NCBI GenBank assembly: GCA_963713605.1
Contig: CAVQMO010000010.1
Span: 288,001-352,000 of the forward strand
Length of the DNA stretch: 64,000 bases
Source: an uncultured Nitrososphaerales archaeon
GTDB lineage: Archaea > Thermoproteota > Nitrososphaeria > Nitrososphaerales > Nitrososphaeraceae
Reading direction: 5' to 3'
Shown here: in pieces, positions 34,491 through 46,470 of the stretch
Numbering within the stretch: position 1 is the stretch's first letter
Layout of the letters: the number at the start of each line of letters is the position of its first letter
The notes under the pieces: generated by a model
What the model saw: the letters and a program-made list of their open reading frames with translations, nothing else
Told to the model about the DNA's origin: nothing
The model's database searches: none
Position numbers and translations under genes: made by a program

Positions 34491-34733
34491 ATGAAAGTAT
34501 TAATTGGTAGTAAATTCTTTGTGATAAATCTGCTTTTTCTTGTTGGTGCCCCTTTCTTAACTCTTGCAGTACAGGAGCAACTTGAAATCAGAGCCCAAAA
34601 TGAACCTAGTTTAGTTGCTCTAAATTCAAGCAGCACAAACATCGATGAAAATGATACCGGTGTCTTGAGTAATGATAGCCTCTCTGAAGACAAAATGGAA
34701 ATCCAGATCTGTGATGCATCTCATCCGTGCTGA
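34491..34733 (+). CDS. Small secreted protein ending ICDASHPC
   Basis: Signal-like N-terminus, acidic spacer, C-terminal Cys pair. Confidence 0.6.
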   Translation: MKVLIGSKFFVINLLFLVGAPFLTLAVQEQLEIRAQNEPSLVALNSSSTNIDENDTGVLSNDSLSEDKMEIQICDASHPC

Positions 34734-34830
34734 AATCTTTGTGCCAACTTAGAGCACTAGCCGTATATCCATTAACATTTCATAAAGCATTTGGTAACAA
34801 TATATATGCGCTTTAGCCCTTACTAGTAAC

Positions 34831-34956
34831 ATGTCCGAATATGTAGACGGCACATTTAGATGTACAATATGCGCAAAGGAGTTCCTTACGAAAAAGGACG
34901 CTGATTCTCATTACCGAGAGGATCACTCTACCGAAGTCGTCGATATACATGAATGA
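34831..34956 (+). CDS. C2H2 zinc-finger microprotein (41 aa, not in ORF track)
   Basis: MSEYVDGTFRCTICAKEFLTKKDADSHYREDH...; TATATAT about 30 nt upstream. Confidence 0.8.
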   Translation: MSEYVDGTFRCTICAKEFLTKKDADSHYREDHSTEVVDIHE

Positions 34957-35456
34957 ACGTCAGATTTGGTTATCACCACAAGGGCTACAACGATTATGAT
35001 CAAGTAGGTTTTCAAGATGCGTGATTCATCTCATTCACTTTGAAGTAATCTAGATATGAGATTTAAAAGCTGACAGTAGTGCTGCCTTTTTCCCGAATCA
35101 TACCGAATTTGCTCATATACATAATAGATTAGTAATAGGCAATTGCCACAAAAACGTAATGAATGACCTACTTTCTTTCTTCCCATAATTCCCTTTATGT
35201 CTTTTGTATTATTTCTATCAATAGAATTCGATCGAGGTAGTTGTCATATCAAAATTGACCACGGTAAGTAAATGACTCATAACTTCATGGTCACTTGTTA
35301 AGGGATCAGGAGGTGAATTGGTTCATACCTATCCACTATGATATTTATTACTAATAATTCCTACATCATTTATTATAGCATCTCAATTGAAAGTAATAAT
35401 ATAACATTCAATCGAACCTGTTATTATATTCAAAATTTCATCCATAGAATATAATC

Positions 35457-35880
35457 ATGCTAGAATGCAACAACAACTATGGAAATAATAGCAGAAATGA
35501 TTTGCGTAAAGTTTGTGAAGCGGCCTTATCTGCGAGTAGAAACGTAATATTTGCCGCATTGGTAAATACGAATGGGATACTGATTGTTGGTAAATATAGG
35601 TTTGATCATCTTTCCAAATTATCTAAGTCATCTTCTGAAAAGATTAGTACCTGATGTGTCTAAGGGTTGTGTATTCTATCTGGAACGATTACTACCATAT
35701 TTAATGGGGGCCCGAAAGGTAAACAATATTAGTAACAAGAATGGTGGGAAGCTGACTAAAAGGGATGGAAAACGAATAGAATTAGATCTATTAAATGTAG
35801 ATGGAAAAGTAAAGACGGCCATCACCAAGATTCCAGAACTACCAAATATGTTTTTGTGTGTCGAGTACATTTCAAGTTGA
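35457..35880 (+). pseudogene. Roadblock/profilin-like hypothetical protein, frameshifted
   Basis: VIFAALVNTNGILIVGKYR...MFLCVEY over two frames. Confidence 0.45.
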
Positions 35881-36311
35881 GAATTCCTACAATTGAATTT
35901 CTTTTTTGAAATTAATCACGACATTCGCAGGTTTGCTTTATGAGGCCAAGGATATTTGTTTGACATTGGAAAGACAGTTGTCTTGCATCAATTAATACCA
36001 AAGATTTAGATGTATTAGAATCTTACAATCAGTCATCGTCTATTGTTATGATTTGGTAAATAACTTAATAGTTGTTTGTTAGTTAGTTTTTGCGAATAAT
36101 GCTGAGATAGCAATACTTCGCTCAAAAATTTAATGCTTAATCATTTAGCTAAATTAACACTCATAGAAATTGTAAAACTGAAGGAAACAAAAGACAAAAT
36201 TATTTTTAGCAAGAAAACTATCATTTTTTTAGGAGGACGAAGTATGAATAATATGAGCGTATATTAAGAGCAAGGACTAGATAGCCATTAAGTGGACCAA
36301 ATAGGTCGGTT

Positions 36312-37583
36312 TTGATGTTAAATTCCATTGTTTCTAAGAAAGCAGTTATTTCGTTAATGCTTGCAAGAATATTCTATACAGTAAATTGGTTTAATGTCCC
36401 CTCTATTTTCATTTTCATAGCTGTTGATTTTGACGAGGACATTTCTGTATTAGGACTAATAACTGCGAGTTTTTTTATCGGTGTTGGTCTCTTTCAGGTT
36501 CTCGCGGGAATTCTTGCTGCCAAATATTCTCCAAGAAAAATTGCTATTCTTGGTATCGCAATCGCTTCTACCGCAGTTTTTTTCTCTGCATTCTCCGTAG
36601 ATTTGCTATCTATTGCAGTACTCAGATTTATTGTAGGATTAGGGATGGCTTTTTTCTTTGGTCCAAGTGTTATACTAATTTCAGGATATGTGGGAAAGCA
36701 ATCTGAAGGCTTAGGCATGGGGCTGCTCAATTCAGCCCATGCTATTGGTGGAATCATTGGCCTCTTTGTATGGGTATTAGTGGCGGAGCTCTTTGGATGG
36801 AGAACAAGTATAGTTCTGAGTGCAATAGCTGGTCTCATAACCTTAATCATCCTACAAATGTGGTTACCGAAAACAACTGAACCGCACCAAAAACAACGAG
36901 AGAAAATAAAACCTGAAATAAACGATATACACAAGAATAAGCCCCAAGACATTAGTAGCGAAATTGACGTTGAACAACGAAGATTTAATTTTAGGATCAA
37001 GTTTGGCCACGTGCAGAATATACTACTTAACAAGTCGCTCATAAAACTCGGTCTGGTTTTACTTGGATTTCAAGTTGGTTCAGGTCTGATCTGGTCATTT
37101 ATTGTATTTTATCTCGCAGATCACATTAAGATAGAACCAGCGATTGCAGGTTTAATCGGAAGTCTCAATCTAATTGTGGCCCTAATATCCTCTCCGATAG
37201 TGGGAAAAACATATGACAAACTTGGAAATGCAAAAAAACTGCTGGCATTATCTGGAATCTTATCTGCAGTTAGTGTAATGATGATTGGGATCCTACAATC
37301 CCAAGTTTACCTCATTGGAATTTCTGTAGTTGTGGCAGGTTTCTTTCTATCGTGGGGTTTTGTAATAGTCTATGTTAAGGCTAAACAAGTGAACACACAA
37401 TCTCCACCTGCCTACCAGACGCTTTCTGTAAGTTATGTTAATGGAATTTCCTTATTCGGTGCCTTTTGGATACCCATTCTTTTTGCTTCCATAATCAATC
37501 AATTCGGATACGTGACCGCTTGGATTGTGGGAGGAGCGATATTCCTCGCATTGGTCCTTCCAGTCCTCACGTTAGAAGAGTGA
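36312..37583 (+). CDS. MFS transporter
   Basis: About 12 hydrophobic segments; GILAAKYSPRK, LRFIVGLG, FGWR. Confidence 0.92.
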   Translation: MMLNSIVSKKAVISLMLARIFYTVNWFNVPSIFIFIAVDFDEDISVLGLITASFFIGVGLFQVLAGILAAKYSPRKIAILGIAIASTAVFFSAFSVDLLSIAVLRFIVGLGMAFFFGPSVILISGYVGKQSEGLGMGLLNSAHAIGGIIGLFVWVLVAELFGWRTSIVLSAIAGLITLIILQMWLPKTTEPHQKQREKIKPEINDIHKNKPQDISSEIDVEQRRFNFRIKFGHVQNILLNKSLIKLGLVLLGFQVGSGLIWSFIVFYLADHIKIEPAIAGLIGSLNLIVALISSPIVGKTYDKLGNAKKLLALSGILSAVSVMMIGILQSQVYLIGISVVVAGFFLSWGFVIVYVKAKQVNTQSPPAYQTLSVSYVNGISLFGAFWIPILFASIINQFGYVTAWIVGGAIFLALVLPVLTLEE

Positions 37584-37896
37584 TTCTGCGTTTAGTGAAG
37601 CTGAGGAGGCCAATAATAAGAGAGGTTCAGATCATTATGTACAACAATAATTTCTTGTTAAGTTCGGCAAGAAATAACTCATCATAGAAGTGTCAATACA
37701 TCATTTAATCTACCAAGCTATGCCATAGGGGTAGCGTTTAATGAGAACATTGTTAATGGCAAATTTCGTAATTAGACAGGTATAATTTGTTAATAATAGC
37801 ATAATATACATAGTTCAACTCAATGACTACCGATATTTAGATCAATAAATATGCTCATTCATAACTATTAACAAGTGTCCGACCTAGATGTAGACG

Positions 37897-38433
37897 GTGA
37901 GCAAGATATCAACTAACGATACAACAGAGGAGCATACAACATCTCACAATACAGCTTGCAATGCCGGAAATGTTGATGGTACTGACACATATGAAAGCAC
38001 GTATGAATTAGAGGATATCATGCATGGTGAACACGACTCGTCATTCCAAAGTATCAAATATGATATGGTGGATTTTGTGGATCCAATACGGCTGGCTGCG
38101 GTGGGTGACCGATATCCTTATCATACTTCTACTCAAGGCGTCGTGCTTTACAAGAAACGAGGTAGTAAAGAAAGCTTTTTAATGCTGCACTGGACTATTT
38201 TATCGTCGTCGACGTGTCAAGCAAGCAATGAAGGAGAGCTACAAACCAAAAGATCTCTTCTTAAAGCTATCCTGCCATGTGATCCTGAAAAAACGTTAGT
38301 GTCCTGTACTGAAGAAGAAGCGTTTGACTTTCTATACAGCTTATACGGTTCTAACAGGAATTCGGACGTTACTGATGAAGAAATAGATCAGATTTTGAAA
38401 ATTTATATTCCTAACAAGTCTATTTCAAGATAG
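37897..38433 (+). CDS. Hypothetical protein
   Basis: 178-aa ORF, no recognised motif. Confidence 0.55.
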   Translation: MSKISTNDTTEEHTTSHNTACNAGNVDGTDTYESTYELEDIMHGEHDSSFQSIKYDMVDFVDPIRLAAVGDRYPYHTSTQGVVLYKKRGSKESFLMLHWTILSSSTCQASNEGELQTKRSLLKAILPCDPEKTLVSCTEEEAFDFLYSLYGSNRNSDVTDEEIDQILKIYIPNKSISR

Positions 38434-39278
38434 GTTCTGCAATATTCTACGAACAGGTTGCTAGTTGGACATCACTAAAAACCCGTCAATTGGGATGCGG
38501 CGTCTCATTCTAAACTAATTCCTATAAGCCAAGTCGACTGTGTTACAAAAATCTGCGTCTTGAATCATATTACAATACACTACTTGGTTCAATCCAATGC
38601 GAGAAATACTTGTCAGCAAATTAAAAATTCATGATTGTGTTCCAAAAAATTTATTAAAATTATGCAGAGAATAACCTATGTCGTATTGATGAACTTCAAG
38701 AGATACGAATTGTTTTTCAAGGATTAAAAACCTTGTATCAAACATACCTTCCTAAGGCAGATCCGTTGCTAATACATGACTTACTAATTCGTGAATAGAA
38801 AAATTACCGACCAAATGATCCACGCCTACATCTTGTTACGACACAGTTGAAGTATCAACTAGCCACGAAAAAGAGTTTGAGAGAATGAGAAGAGCAATTC
38901 ATCAGAAAACTGTTTTGTCTCCGTCAATATATGACAACGGCACCCGTTACGTGCTAAACATGGAGTTACTGGGCATTATGCAGGAGTAAACCAGAAATAA
39001 TTAAATTCTCTGCTCTCGCACGAAACCTAAGGATATGGGCAGTGCCGAACGGGAACGACTATCATTTATAATATTATAGCTACATTCTACCAATTCTGAC
39101 TATGATGTTCAGTCGCTCTATTCTATACGCAAAAAAGTATTAGTGTAGAGGTACATCAGTAAGTCTGTTGGTATCAGTTGATCATGTATCAGGCAACTAA
39201 ATTTTGAGTTTGTTCCCTCGAATTCAATTTCGAAGGTAACAAGAATCTGCTTATTGTAGTTGGTTATCTATGAATGCT

Positions 39279-39779
39279 CTAGAGATGAGCCCTTAACATC
39301 CAGGCCATTTTCTCGTGGATTTCCATCAATCCAGTAAGGAAATCGTTTGTACCAATATCATGATACTTCGTATCACATATTTCGAGGTCTGAACGTAGAC
39401 TGCGAATAATTTGTTCGTGATCACTTAATAATTTAGAGATCATTTTGAGGTCACCTGGATACTCCCCAGGACTCTCTTTGAGTCTTGACTCTTTGACGAA
39501 TTCAGTCAACGTTGCCATTGACATTCCTCCGAGTGTCCTTGTCCGCTCTGCTATCTCATCTATCAATTCATCAAGTTTTTCATACTGTTCTTGAAAAAAT
39601 TTATGTCTATCGTTAAAATGAGATCCTGTCACATTCCAATGATAATTTCTCGTTTTTGTGTACAAGATATGTTCGTCTGCCAGTAACGTGTTCAGGATCT
39701 TGACAACGCCTTCTCTATTCTGTTGAGAGATCCCTATACTCAGATCACTCTTTGTCTTTTCAAGCGTTTTTAATGTCAT
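39279..39779 (-). CDS. dps: Dps (DNA protection during starvation) ferritin-like protein
   Basis: KTRNYHWNVTG, HKFFQEQY, DEIAER, HEKMAWML. Confidence 0.96.
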   Translation of the reverse strand: MTLKTLEKTKSDLSIGISQQNREGVVKILNTLLADEHILYTKTRNYHWNVTGSHFNDRHKFFQEQYEKLDELIDEIAERTRTLGGMSMATLTEFVKESRLKESPGEYPGDLKMISKLLSDHEQIIRSLRSDLEICDTKYHDIGTNDFLTGLMEIHEKMAWMLRAHL

Positions 39780-40042
39780 GCTATTACACCATATTTATGA
39801 TATCAATGTATAAAAAGATCTCAGACCTGGGACCCCGAACAGAAATGGGATCATCATGCATTTGGCATCCAAAATCAGAATGTCTTAATGTGCTAGATTA
39901 CCGTGTTCCTGATTGTGTCGATGTCATTATAAACCATTTTGTAGCAGCTACAAATGAGATAAAATTCTTAGCGTAAAATTATAGAAAACTCTTATAGAAT
40001 TTACAATACATTTGTTAATATTATTCTAATAATATATTATTT

Positions 40043-40342
40043 GTGATGAAACCACTAAGACAACAACATAGAAGCAGGTCGGAGATAATAGCGTCTATTC
40101 TTGCGACAGCAAACGGCAATCGGATAAGACAAACCGAAATACTCTACAAAACATATCTTTCACATACGCTCTTGAAGGACTATTTGTTGTTCTTAATTGA
40201 GAACGATTTGATAGAATACACTACTGGAGATAGAACATTTAAAACCACTGAGAAAGGCATGTGTTTTCTTAGAATGTACTCGCAGATGAATGAGTTAATG
40301 GTTATGAAGCAGCAGCAGCAAGTCGTACAATTTACCACATGA
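40043..40342 (+). CDS. Winged-helix transcription regulator
   Basis: RSRSEIIASIL...TEILYKTYLS...FKTTEKG. Confidence 0.88.
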   Translation: MMKPLRQQHRSRSEIIASILATANGNRIRQTEILYKTYLSHTLLKDYLLFLIENDLIEYTTGDRTFKTTEKGMCFLRMYSQMNELMVMKQQQQVVQFTT

Positions 40343-40574
40343 AAGCATCTCGAATGTATCCCGAATGCTAACGGGGCATCAGATTTTCAGAGGTGTTGAA
40401 AACTATCGTAACACCTCTTACTGCAAACTTGAGTACAAACATTTTTCTGTAAATTCTCACTGTATTTTCTTAGCGTAGTATATTATATTCTTGTCCGACA
40501 GCTAAATAATTAACGTGGGCCCACCAATAGTAAATCTAAATTTCCACAATGCCGAAACAGTATTGTACAGAATC

Positions 40575-40860
40575 CCAGGAGTCACGAAGATACTTTTGAT
40601 CAATAGTGATTGTGCACCTGCAATGACCTTGAAGAAGGGTTTAAAGAAATATGGCTTCCAAGTTTACTATTTTGCGAATGTATTCACAGCGATCCATTGA
40701 GAAAACCAGAAGGGTAAATTACGAGATGATATTGTGTGATATCAAAGCGTGTGATATTGAATATCTGTTATTTGCAAACAAATAAGAAAATTGAGCCATA
40801 GTGTAAAAATATTCCTTATGATTTCTCGTAAAATTCGAAGATATTGTAATACGTAACGCC
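40575..40860 (+). pseudogene. Degraded response regulator receiver
   Basis: KILLIN...TLKKGLKKYGFQVYYFAN..TA then multiple stops. Confidence 0.45.
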
Positions 40861-41237
40861 ATGATGGCGGGTGTCAATGAGAATAATAGAAAAACCAATT
40901 TCAGCCAAAACTTGAACATAGTGTTATAAGATTACATAGATGGAATCATTACAAAAATCTACTGAATTCAGCGTTTAAGCTATGATATTCCGTGTTAATA
41001 ATTTGCCCGCTATGTAATGGATCGATTCATATAACACGCATGTGGCTGAATGAAACGGATTAACAAAGCTAGTCATGCCAGCCATTCAATTAAGGGGATA
41101 AATAAACTAAAATAAAGTCCAAAGAATCTTTCAACGGTCCTTGTATAATGTCCTTGTATATCTTCATTATTGATTATACACGAGAATATTTGCATATTAT
41201 ATAAAAGAATAATGCATACAAAGTATCCTAGGCAAAA

Positions 41238-41468
41238 ATGCCCAGGAATACTCGAAATGGAATCTTGTCAAATGAACCGATATCCATGCAGGGGATGGTA
41301 AAAAGAGCGAAATCTGGAAAACAGAAGCCAAAGCCTGAAACATTGATATCTCAGCTGGAAATTGAGATTGAATGTCCCAGATGTAATGAGATCTTGGAGC
41401 TTTATTCCGATTTTGATAGCCTATATTATTATTGCGAGAATTGTAGTTTACAACTGCGCGTTGGATAA
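41238..41468 (+). CDS. Small zinc-ribbon protein
   Basis: EIECPRCNEIL...YYCENCS; paralog of 14075-14326. Confidence 0.75.
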   Translation: MPRNTRNGILSNEPISMQGMVKRAKSGKQKPKPETLISQLEIEIECPRCNEILELYSDFDSLYYYCENCSLQLRVG

Positions 41469-41883
41469 CGGCTCGACAACGAGTAAACTTGCTGTCGTCA
41501 ACATAGTAAATATCCATATCCATCTATATCGCATCTTTAATATGGTACTTGGCATAAATCAAATATCCACTTTACATCGCAACCTAAATATTGGTTAACA
41601 GACATCTAACCACAATCGAACATCATATTTTGACGATGTGTTGCATGATACGCTCTTATTGCATTTTCTAGGAACATCTATCGAGGTTGCTAATATTTTG
41701 AGGCAGTAAAGCACTATCCGATTATCCGAATATTAGACAGTAGGAAAATCATACGAAAGCTGTTCAGCACTAATCGTTAAGGTTCTATCTCAGTCTCGTA
41801 TAGGTAATTAGCGATCCCTCAAACTAATCAGGAAATTGTTAACGGGCTTATCTATATATTGATTGATAGTCTAATCTGATTTC

Positions 41884-43221
41884 ATGGGTACCCAAATGAG
41901 CTATGCTAGAAAGGGCCAAGCAACTGACGAAATGATTCGTGTTTCAAGAGACGAAAGGACGAGTATTGAGGCCCTTATGCATGGGATAGCCAGAGGAAGT
42001 ATTATAATTCCCAGAAACCTTGCGAGAAAGCAAGAAGCTGTACGAGTTGTTGGAATAGGAGATGGTTTAAAGACCAAAGTAAATGTGAATATCGGAACAT
42101 CGACCTTGTATCAAGATCTTGATGAAGAGGTCTCTAAGGCAAAGATTGCTGTCAATCACGGGGCCGATACATTAATGGATTTGTCAGATGGAGGTGATCT
42201 CGATCTAATCAGAGAAAGACTATTAGAAGAAGCCAAAATAACCTTTGGTTCAGTTCCGATCTATCAGGCTTATGCCCATGGAGTTCAGAGATACAAGAAC
42301 CCTCTTAATATTACAGAGGATGATTTTCTGAATGCGTTTGAAAAGAATGTTAAAGATGGAGTTGATTATACTACCATACATTCTGGCATAACTAAAGAGC
42401 TAGCGAAAAGGGTACTGGAGGTCAAAAGACACGGAGGGATAGTCTCTAAAGGAGGTACCATAACGGCAGCATGGATGCTAAAGTACGACAAAGAGAATCC
42501 TTATTTCAAACACTTTGACTATCTTTGTGAAATAGCTAAGGAGTATGATGTGACGTTCAGCTTGGGCGATGCATTACGTCCTGGATCGATACTAGATTCC
42601 CATGATGAATTGCAGGTTGAAGAGATGTTGAATGTATCAAGACTTACAAAAAAGGCTCATGAGCAAGACATTCAAGTCATGGTCGAAGGTCCAGGACACG
42701 TTCCGCTGAATGAAGTGGCTGCAAATGTCAGACTCGCTAAATCACTCATAGGAAATGTTCCCTACTATGTTCTAGGTCCTTTAGTAACAGACATAGCAGC
42801 CGGATATGACCACATCGCTAGCGCAATTGGAGCCGCCGTTTCCGCTCCTGAGGGTGTTGATCTCCTTTGCTACTTGACGCCTGCAGAGCACTTGGGACTG
42901 CCTACAGTCGACGAAGTAAAGGAAGGACTGATAGCATACCGAATAGCCGCACATGCAGGAGATCTTGTCAAGCTCCGTGAAAAAGTAATCGATTGGGACA
43001 GAGAGATAACTGAAGCACGGCGAACCCTGAATTGGGAAAGGCAGATTGCTCTATCAATTGACCCTGAACAGGCAGCCAAGATACATCACAGACGACAAGG
43101 TCAACTAGATGGTAATAATGTTCCTTGTACAATGTGTGGAGGGGCATGTGTGTATATAATGTTACCACAACAACGTAGGAATGAAGAAGCAATCACTAAA
43201 CAAACCGGTTCTGATGATTAG
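41884..43221 (+). CDS. thiC: Phosphomethylpyrimidine synthase ThiC
   Basis: KVNVNIGTS, MDLS, SLGDALRPG, MVEGPGHVP, LCYLTPAEHL, CTMCGGAC. Confidence 0.97.
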   Translation: MGTQMSYARKGQATDEMIRVSRDERTSIEALMHGIARGSIIIPRNLARKQEAVRVVGIGDGLKTKVNVNIGTSTLYQDLDEEVSKAKIAVNHGADTLMDLSDGGDLDLIRERLLEEAKITFGSVPIYQAYAHGVQRYKNPLNITEDDFLNAFEKNVKDGVDYTTIHSGITKELAKRVLEVKRHGGIVSKGGTITAAWMLKYDKENPYFKHFDYLCEIAKEYDVTFSLGDALRPGSILDSHDELQVEEMLNVSRLTKKAHEQDIQVMVEGPGHVPLNEVAANVRLAKSLIGNVPYYVLGPLVTDIAAGYDHIASAIGAAVSAPEGVDLLCYLTPAEHLGLPTVDEVKEGLIAYRIAAHAGDLVKLREKVIDWDREITEARRTLNWERQIALSIDPEQAAKIHHRRQGQLDGNNVPCTMCGGACVYIMLPQQRRNEEAITKQTGSDD

Positions 43222-43753
43222 AACATCTCCAATTTTTCTGATTACTCATAAGAGTATTTTGTTGTTTTGAGTATGCCGTTTTCACATGTGACATTTTGAC
43301 ACGGAATTTAACACATGATTGGTTCTCCGATTTGTTGTGATTTCGAGCTATAAGGATTCAAGGTTAAACATAACTATTATTAGTAATAGATTCCTCAAAA
43401 TATGAGAAAGTCGATTTGAGACGGCTCTTTACTTTACCATATCTCTCATCGTCCGGATACAAGGTCGATTATGAAACCTGCGATAGTAATTAATGGTAAA
43501 TTGAAAAATAGGTGAATCATCAACTCAACAGTCCAGTCATTGACATAGCCACCGCTTCGAAGATATATGTGCCTTATCCATCATTAATTCATGTGTGGTC
43601 AAATAATATATCGTTTGTCATAAAATCAATGAACGCATTGCAATATCGTATCATAAGAACTACAATCAATCTTGGCATATGTTTGAAAAAACATACTCAT
43701 ACATCATGACCTGTTACCATCATATTTATTTATCACGCATCTAAATGTGAGAC

Positions 43754-44320
43754 TTGTGTATGAGTGATAAATCTGAACTACTCTCTGTGGTATATGATGC
43801 TATAAATGAGATTGGTAAACACAAGATCCGGTCGGGTGTAATTTCAAATATAAAAATCGCCGATGAGTACATGCAACACATCTTCAAAAGATCATCCGAA
43901 CAATTCGGCAAGAAACTGGACAGCAATTCATTGATTGCGATGTATGAGGTATTACTGCACTTTATGCTAACAGCATGCACTATCCCCTCCCAGAGAAAGG
44001 TCAAAATTTCACATCTTACCATTGACCTCGTTATACCTAATCTTCATACATTATCAAAAAGTCCTAGTGATGCGATACTTGTACAGTTTATCCGGAGTGA
44101 AAAAGATATGACAACAATCGATGAGCTACTCTCCTTACTTAATCTCAATACTGAAGATCTGAATATGTGGTTGATTACGACCTTTGATTTGCAAGTTGAG
44201 GGTACGACTCGCGTTATCAACTTGAGCGCTTCGAAGATTGATCGTTCACATATTATCAGTGATATTGATACTTTTTTGAAGGAGAGAAGGGATAAAAGCT
44301 TCAGACTGGTACACTTTTAA
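43754..44320 (+). CDS. Hypothetical protein (possible restriction-endonuclease-like fold)
   Basis: LLHFMLT...PSQRKV....IDLVIP. Confidence 0.6.
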   Translation: MCMSDKSELLSVVYDAINEIGKHKIRSGVISNIKIADEYMQHIFKRSSEQFGKKLDSNSLIAMYEVLLHFMLTACTIPSQRKVKISHLTIDLVIPNLHTLSKSPSDAILVQFIRSEKDMTTIDELLSLLNLNTEDLNMWLITTFDLQVEGTTRVINLSASKIDRSHIISDIDTFLKERRDKSFRLVHF

Positions 44321-44603
44321 TCTATGAGATTGGATGGCTTAAGTAATTCAAGTGGCTAAATGATGAGTATGCTATACAATATTTAATTAGCGTACATCCT
44401 ATAATTGAGGAATAGTCAAAATACTTCGAAATTTTATACGCCGCCGAATCAACGATTTTTGATGCTCGTATCCTAAGTAACACTTTTCTTCTATAGGTTA
44501 TCTATCCTCAATAAGTATACCATTAAAAGCAGATTTATTTCCAAGTAGTTACTTAAAATTTACCTAAATACTTGTATTCATTTCTAATACTGGACATAGA
44601 AAA

Positions 44604-44871
44604 ATGAAAAACAGGGATAGAGCGGAAATAAATGCGATGATCCTTGACATTGCAAGCCACGGTAGAGTTACCAAGACAAAGATTATGTATAGAGCGTACT
44701 TATCATATAACAAGCTCGAAGAATATTTAACCGATCTGGGGGAAAGTGAGCTATTGGAATATGAAGTTGGAGCTCAAACTTATGCGTACTACGGAAAAAG
44801 GAAAACGCTACCTAGAGATACATAATAGAATGAATGAACTGATCTCAATCAATAGAGAAACAGTATATTGA
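44604..44871 (+). CDS. Winged-helix regulator, paralog of 40043-40342 (one extra base near 44784)
   Basis: RDRAEINAMIL...TKIMYRAYLSY...; corrected frame RTTEKGKRYL... Confidence 0.85.
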
Positions 44872-44980
44872 ATCTAAGTATGTAAAATATTTTAGCTAGT
44901 AAGGGAATTGGGAAGACAATCGCTGGCAATAAGACGTAATATAACGCTGAGATCTAATGACTTTATTATGCAAAATGGAC

Positions 44981-46012
44981 TTATTCGTGTGGTAGAATAA
45001 ATTGGATTACCATACTTACTATATACATTGACAATAACATCATACCAGTATTCAATCCTATTTCTTTTTTGAACATTGGTATTAAGGCTATTATCGTAAC
45101 TACCGTCACAAGTACCACTTGAAATGCGAGTATTGGGGTTAACTCAATCACAGTAAAAAATCCTGCATGGTACATTGCTCCAAAAACCGCTACTGCAAGA
45201 AGCAACGTATTGTTTAGAATTTTAGATCCCAACACGTTGGCTATTGCAATGGATACACCTAATGCACCCTTTCTTGCAAGTATCATCAAAGATATTTTCT
45301 CAGGCATTTCTCCAGCAATAGGACTAATTACTACTGCAAGAATTATCGCAGAAACCCCTATATCCACTGAAAAGCCTTCAAGTGAATGGATGAATGGACC
45401 GGCACCTACTATGATTCCAATCGTTCCTGCTGCAAATACCAATACAGATCTTAAGGAATGCTCTCCTAATCTCGCAGTGGCACCACTATTCCCGGTATCA
45501 TCTTGCTTTTCCTTAATTGAATCCTTCCTGCTAGCTTTTCTTTCTGATCTCATCTCAAACAGGGCCACTATAAGATACGCAATGAAGAATCCTATGAAGA
45601 TCAAACCGTCCAAGAAATTATATCCATCAATGAATAGAAGTGCACTCACAATAGCGGTGACAAGCAGAAAAATCTTGTCCAGTTTGAAAGTACTGACATT
45701 GATTCCTTTTAATGGAGATTTGGATATGCGGGTTGTTGCAATAATTAGCATAAGTGACAACCCCAACGTCATCATCAATAGATTACTTCCTAATCCTGCT
45801 CCTATGGCTACTCCGTATGATCCGGCTAGCAGCAGCATAAATAACGATTGCAATTTCAGGGAGGGTCGTTGCCACACTCAAGATCGTCCTCCCCACAAAC
45901 TTAGCACCGTACCTCAGCTGAAAGATGTTCAGCCCCATAGGAGAGAGCCCAGCTTGCCGGCGATTAATTCTGCTAACCAAATGACCATCGACGTTAGATT
46001 TTCGGAACTCAA
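44981..46012 (-). CDS. Sodium:calcium antiporter (CaCA) family protein (about three frameshifts near the 5' end)
   Basis: Alpha-repeat-like ATTLPE and AGEMPE, GAGLGSN, ANVLGS; many TM segments. Confidence 0.85.
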
Positions 46013-46470
46013 AATAAGGCTGCTATCTGACTTGAGTGTTAATATTAATGTAATGTATTGATTTCTTGTTTCATATGTGCAGGCATTGCCTAGATACCTA
46101 TGATTGCAACGATGAGCCTAAATAATGCAACAGATGTAGTCTAGTGTTTCATATCTAATGTACCGAATTATTGTGCATTGTTCATCTCGAATGAATTATT
46201 TGAGCTGGGATACTTATCTACCTAGTGCGAACCACGCAAGTACCACATGATTACCACATTAAGTAACAGAACATTGCCCAGGGAGCTTCGCTCTTAAGCC
46301 CTTAGGTCAATCTCAAGGAAGACACTGAACATGGCAATTTTTTGCTCGGTGCTAGTGGTCAGTGACTTAAACTTCAAATTACAACTCTTGCACACACACG
46401 CATATTTCATGCCAAAATCGACCTGCTACTGTCTAACCTTTTTATTACCTAAAGGCATAAAGTGCCATAT

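Noticed and set aside
41137..41160. GTCCTTGTATA tandem repeat
   Set aside because: Short two-copy repeat with no supporting context
41600..41883. TPP riboswitch upstream of thiC
   Set aside because: No sense-strand CTGAGA or ACCTG core found
45210..46061. 283-aa plus-strand ORF
   Set aside because: Antisense shadow of the antiporter; the same applies to 51410-51877, 36494-37042, 21419-21916 and ORFs inside cdc48 and nrdJ
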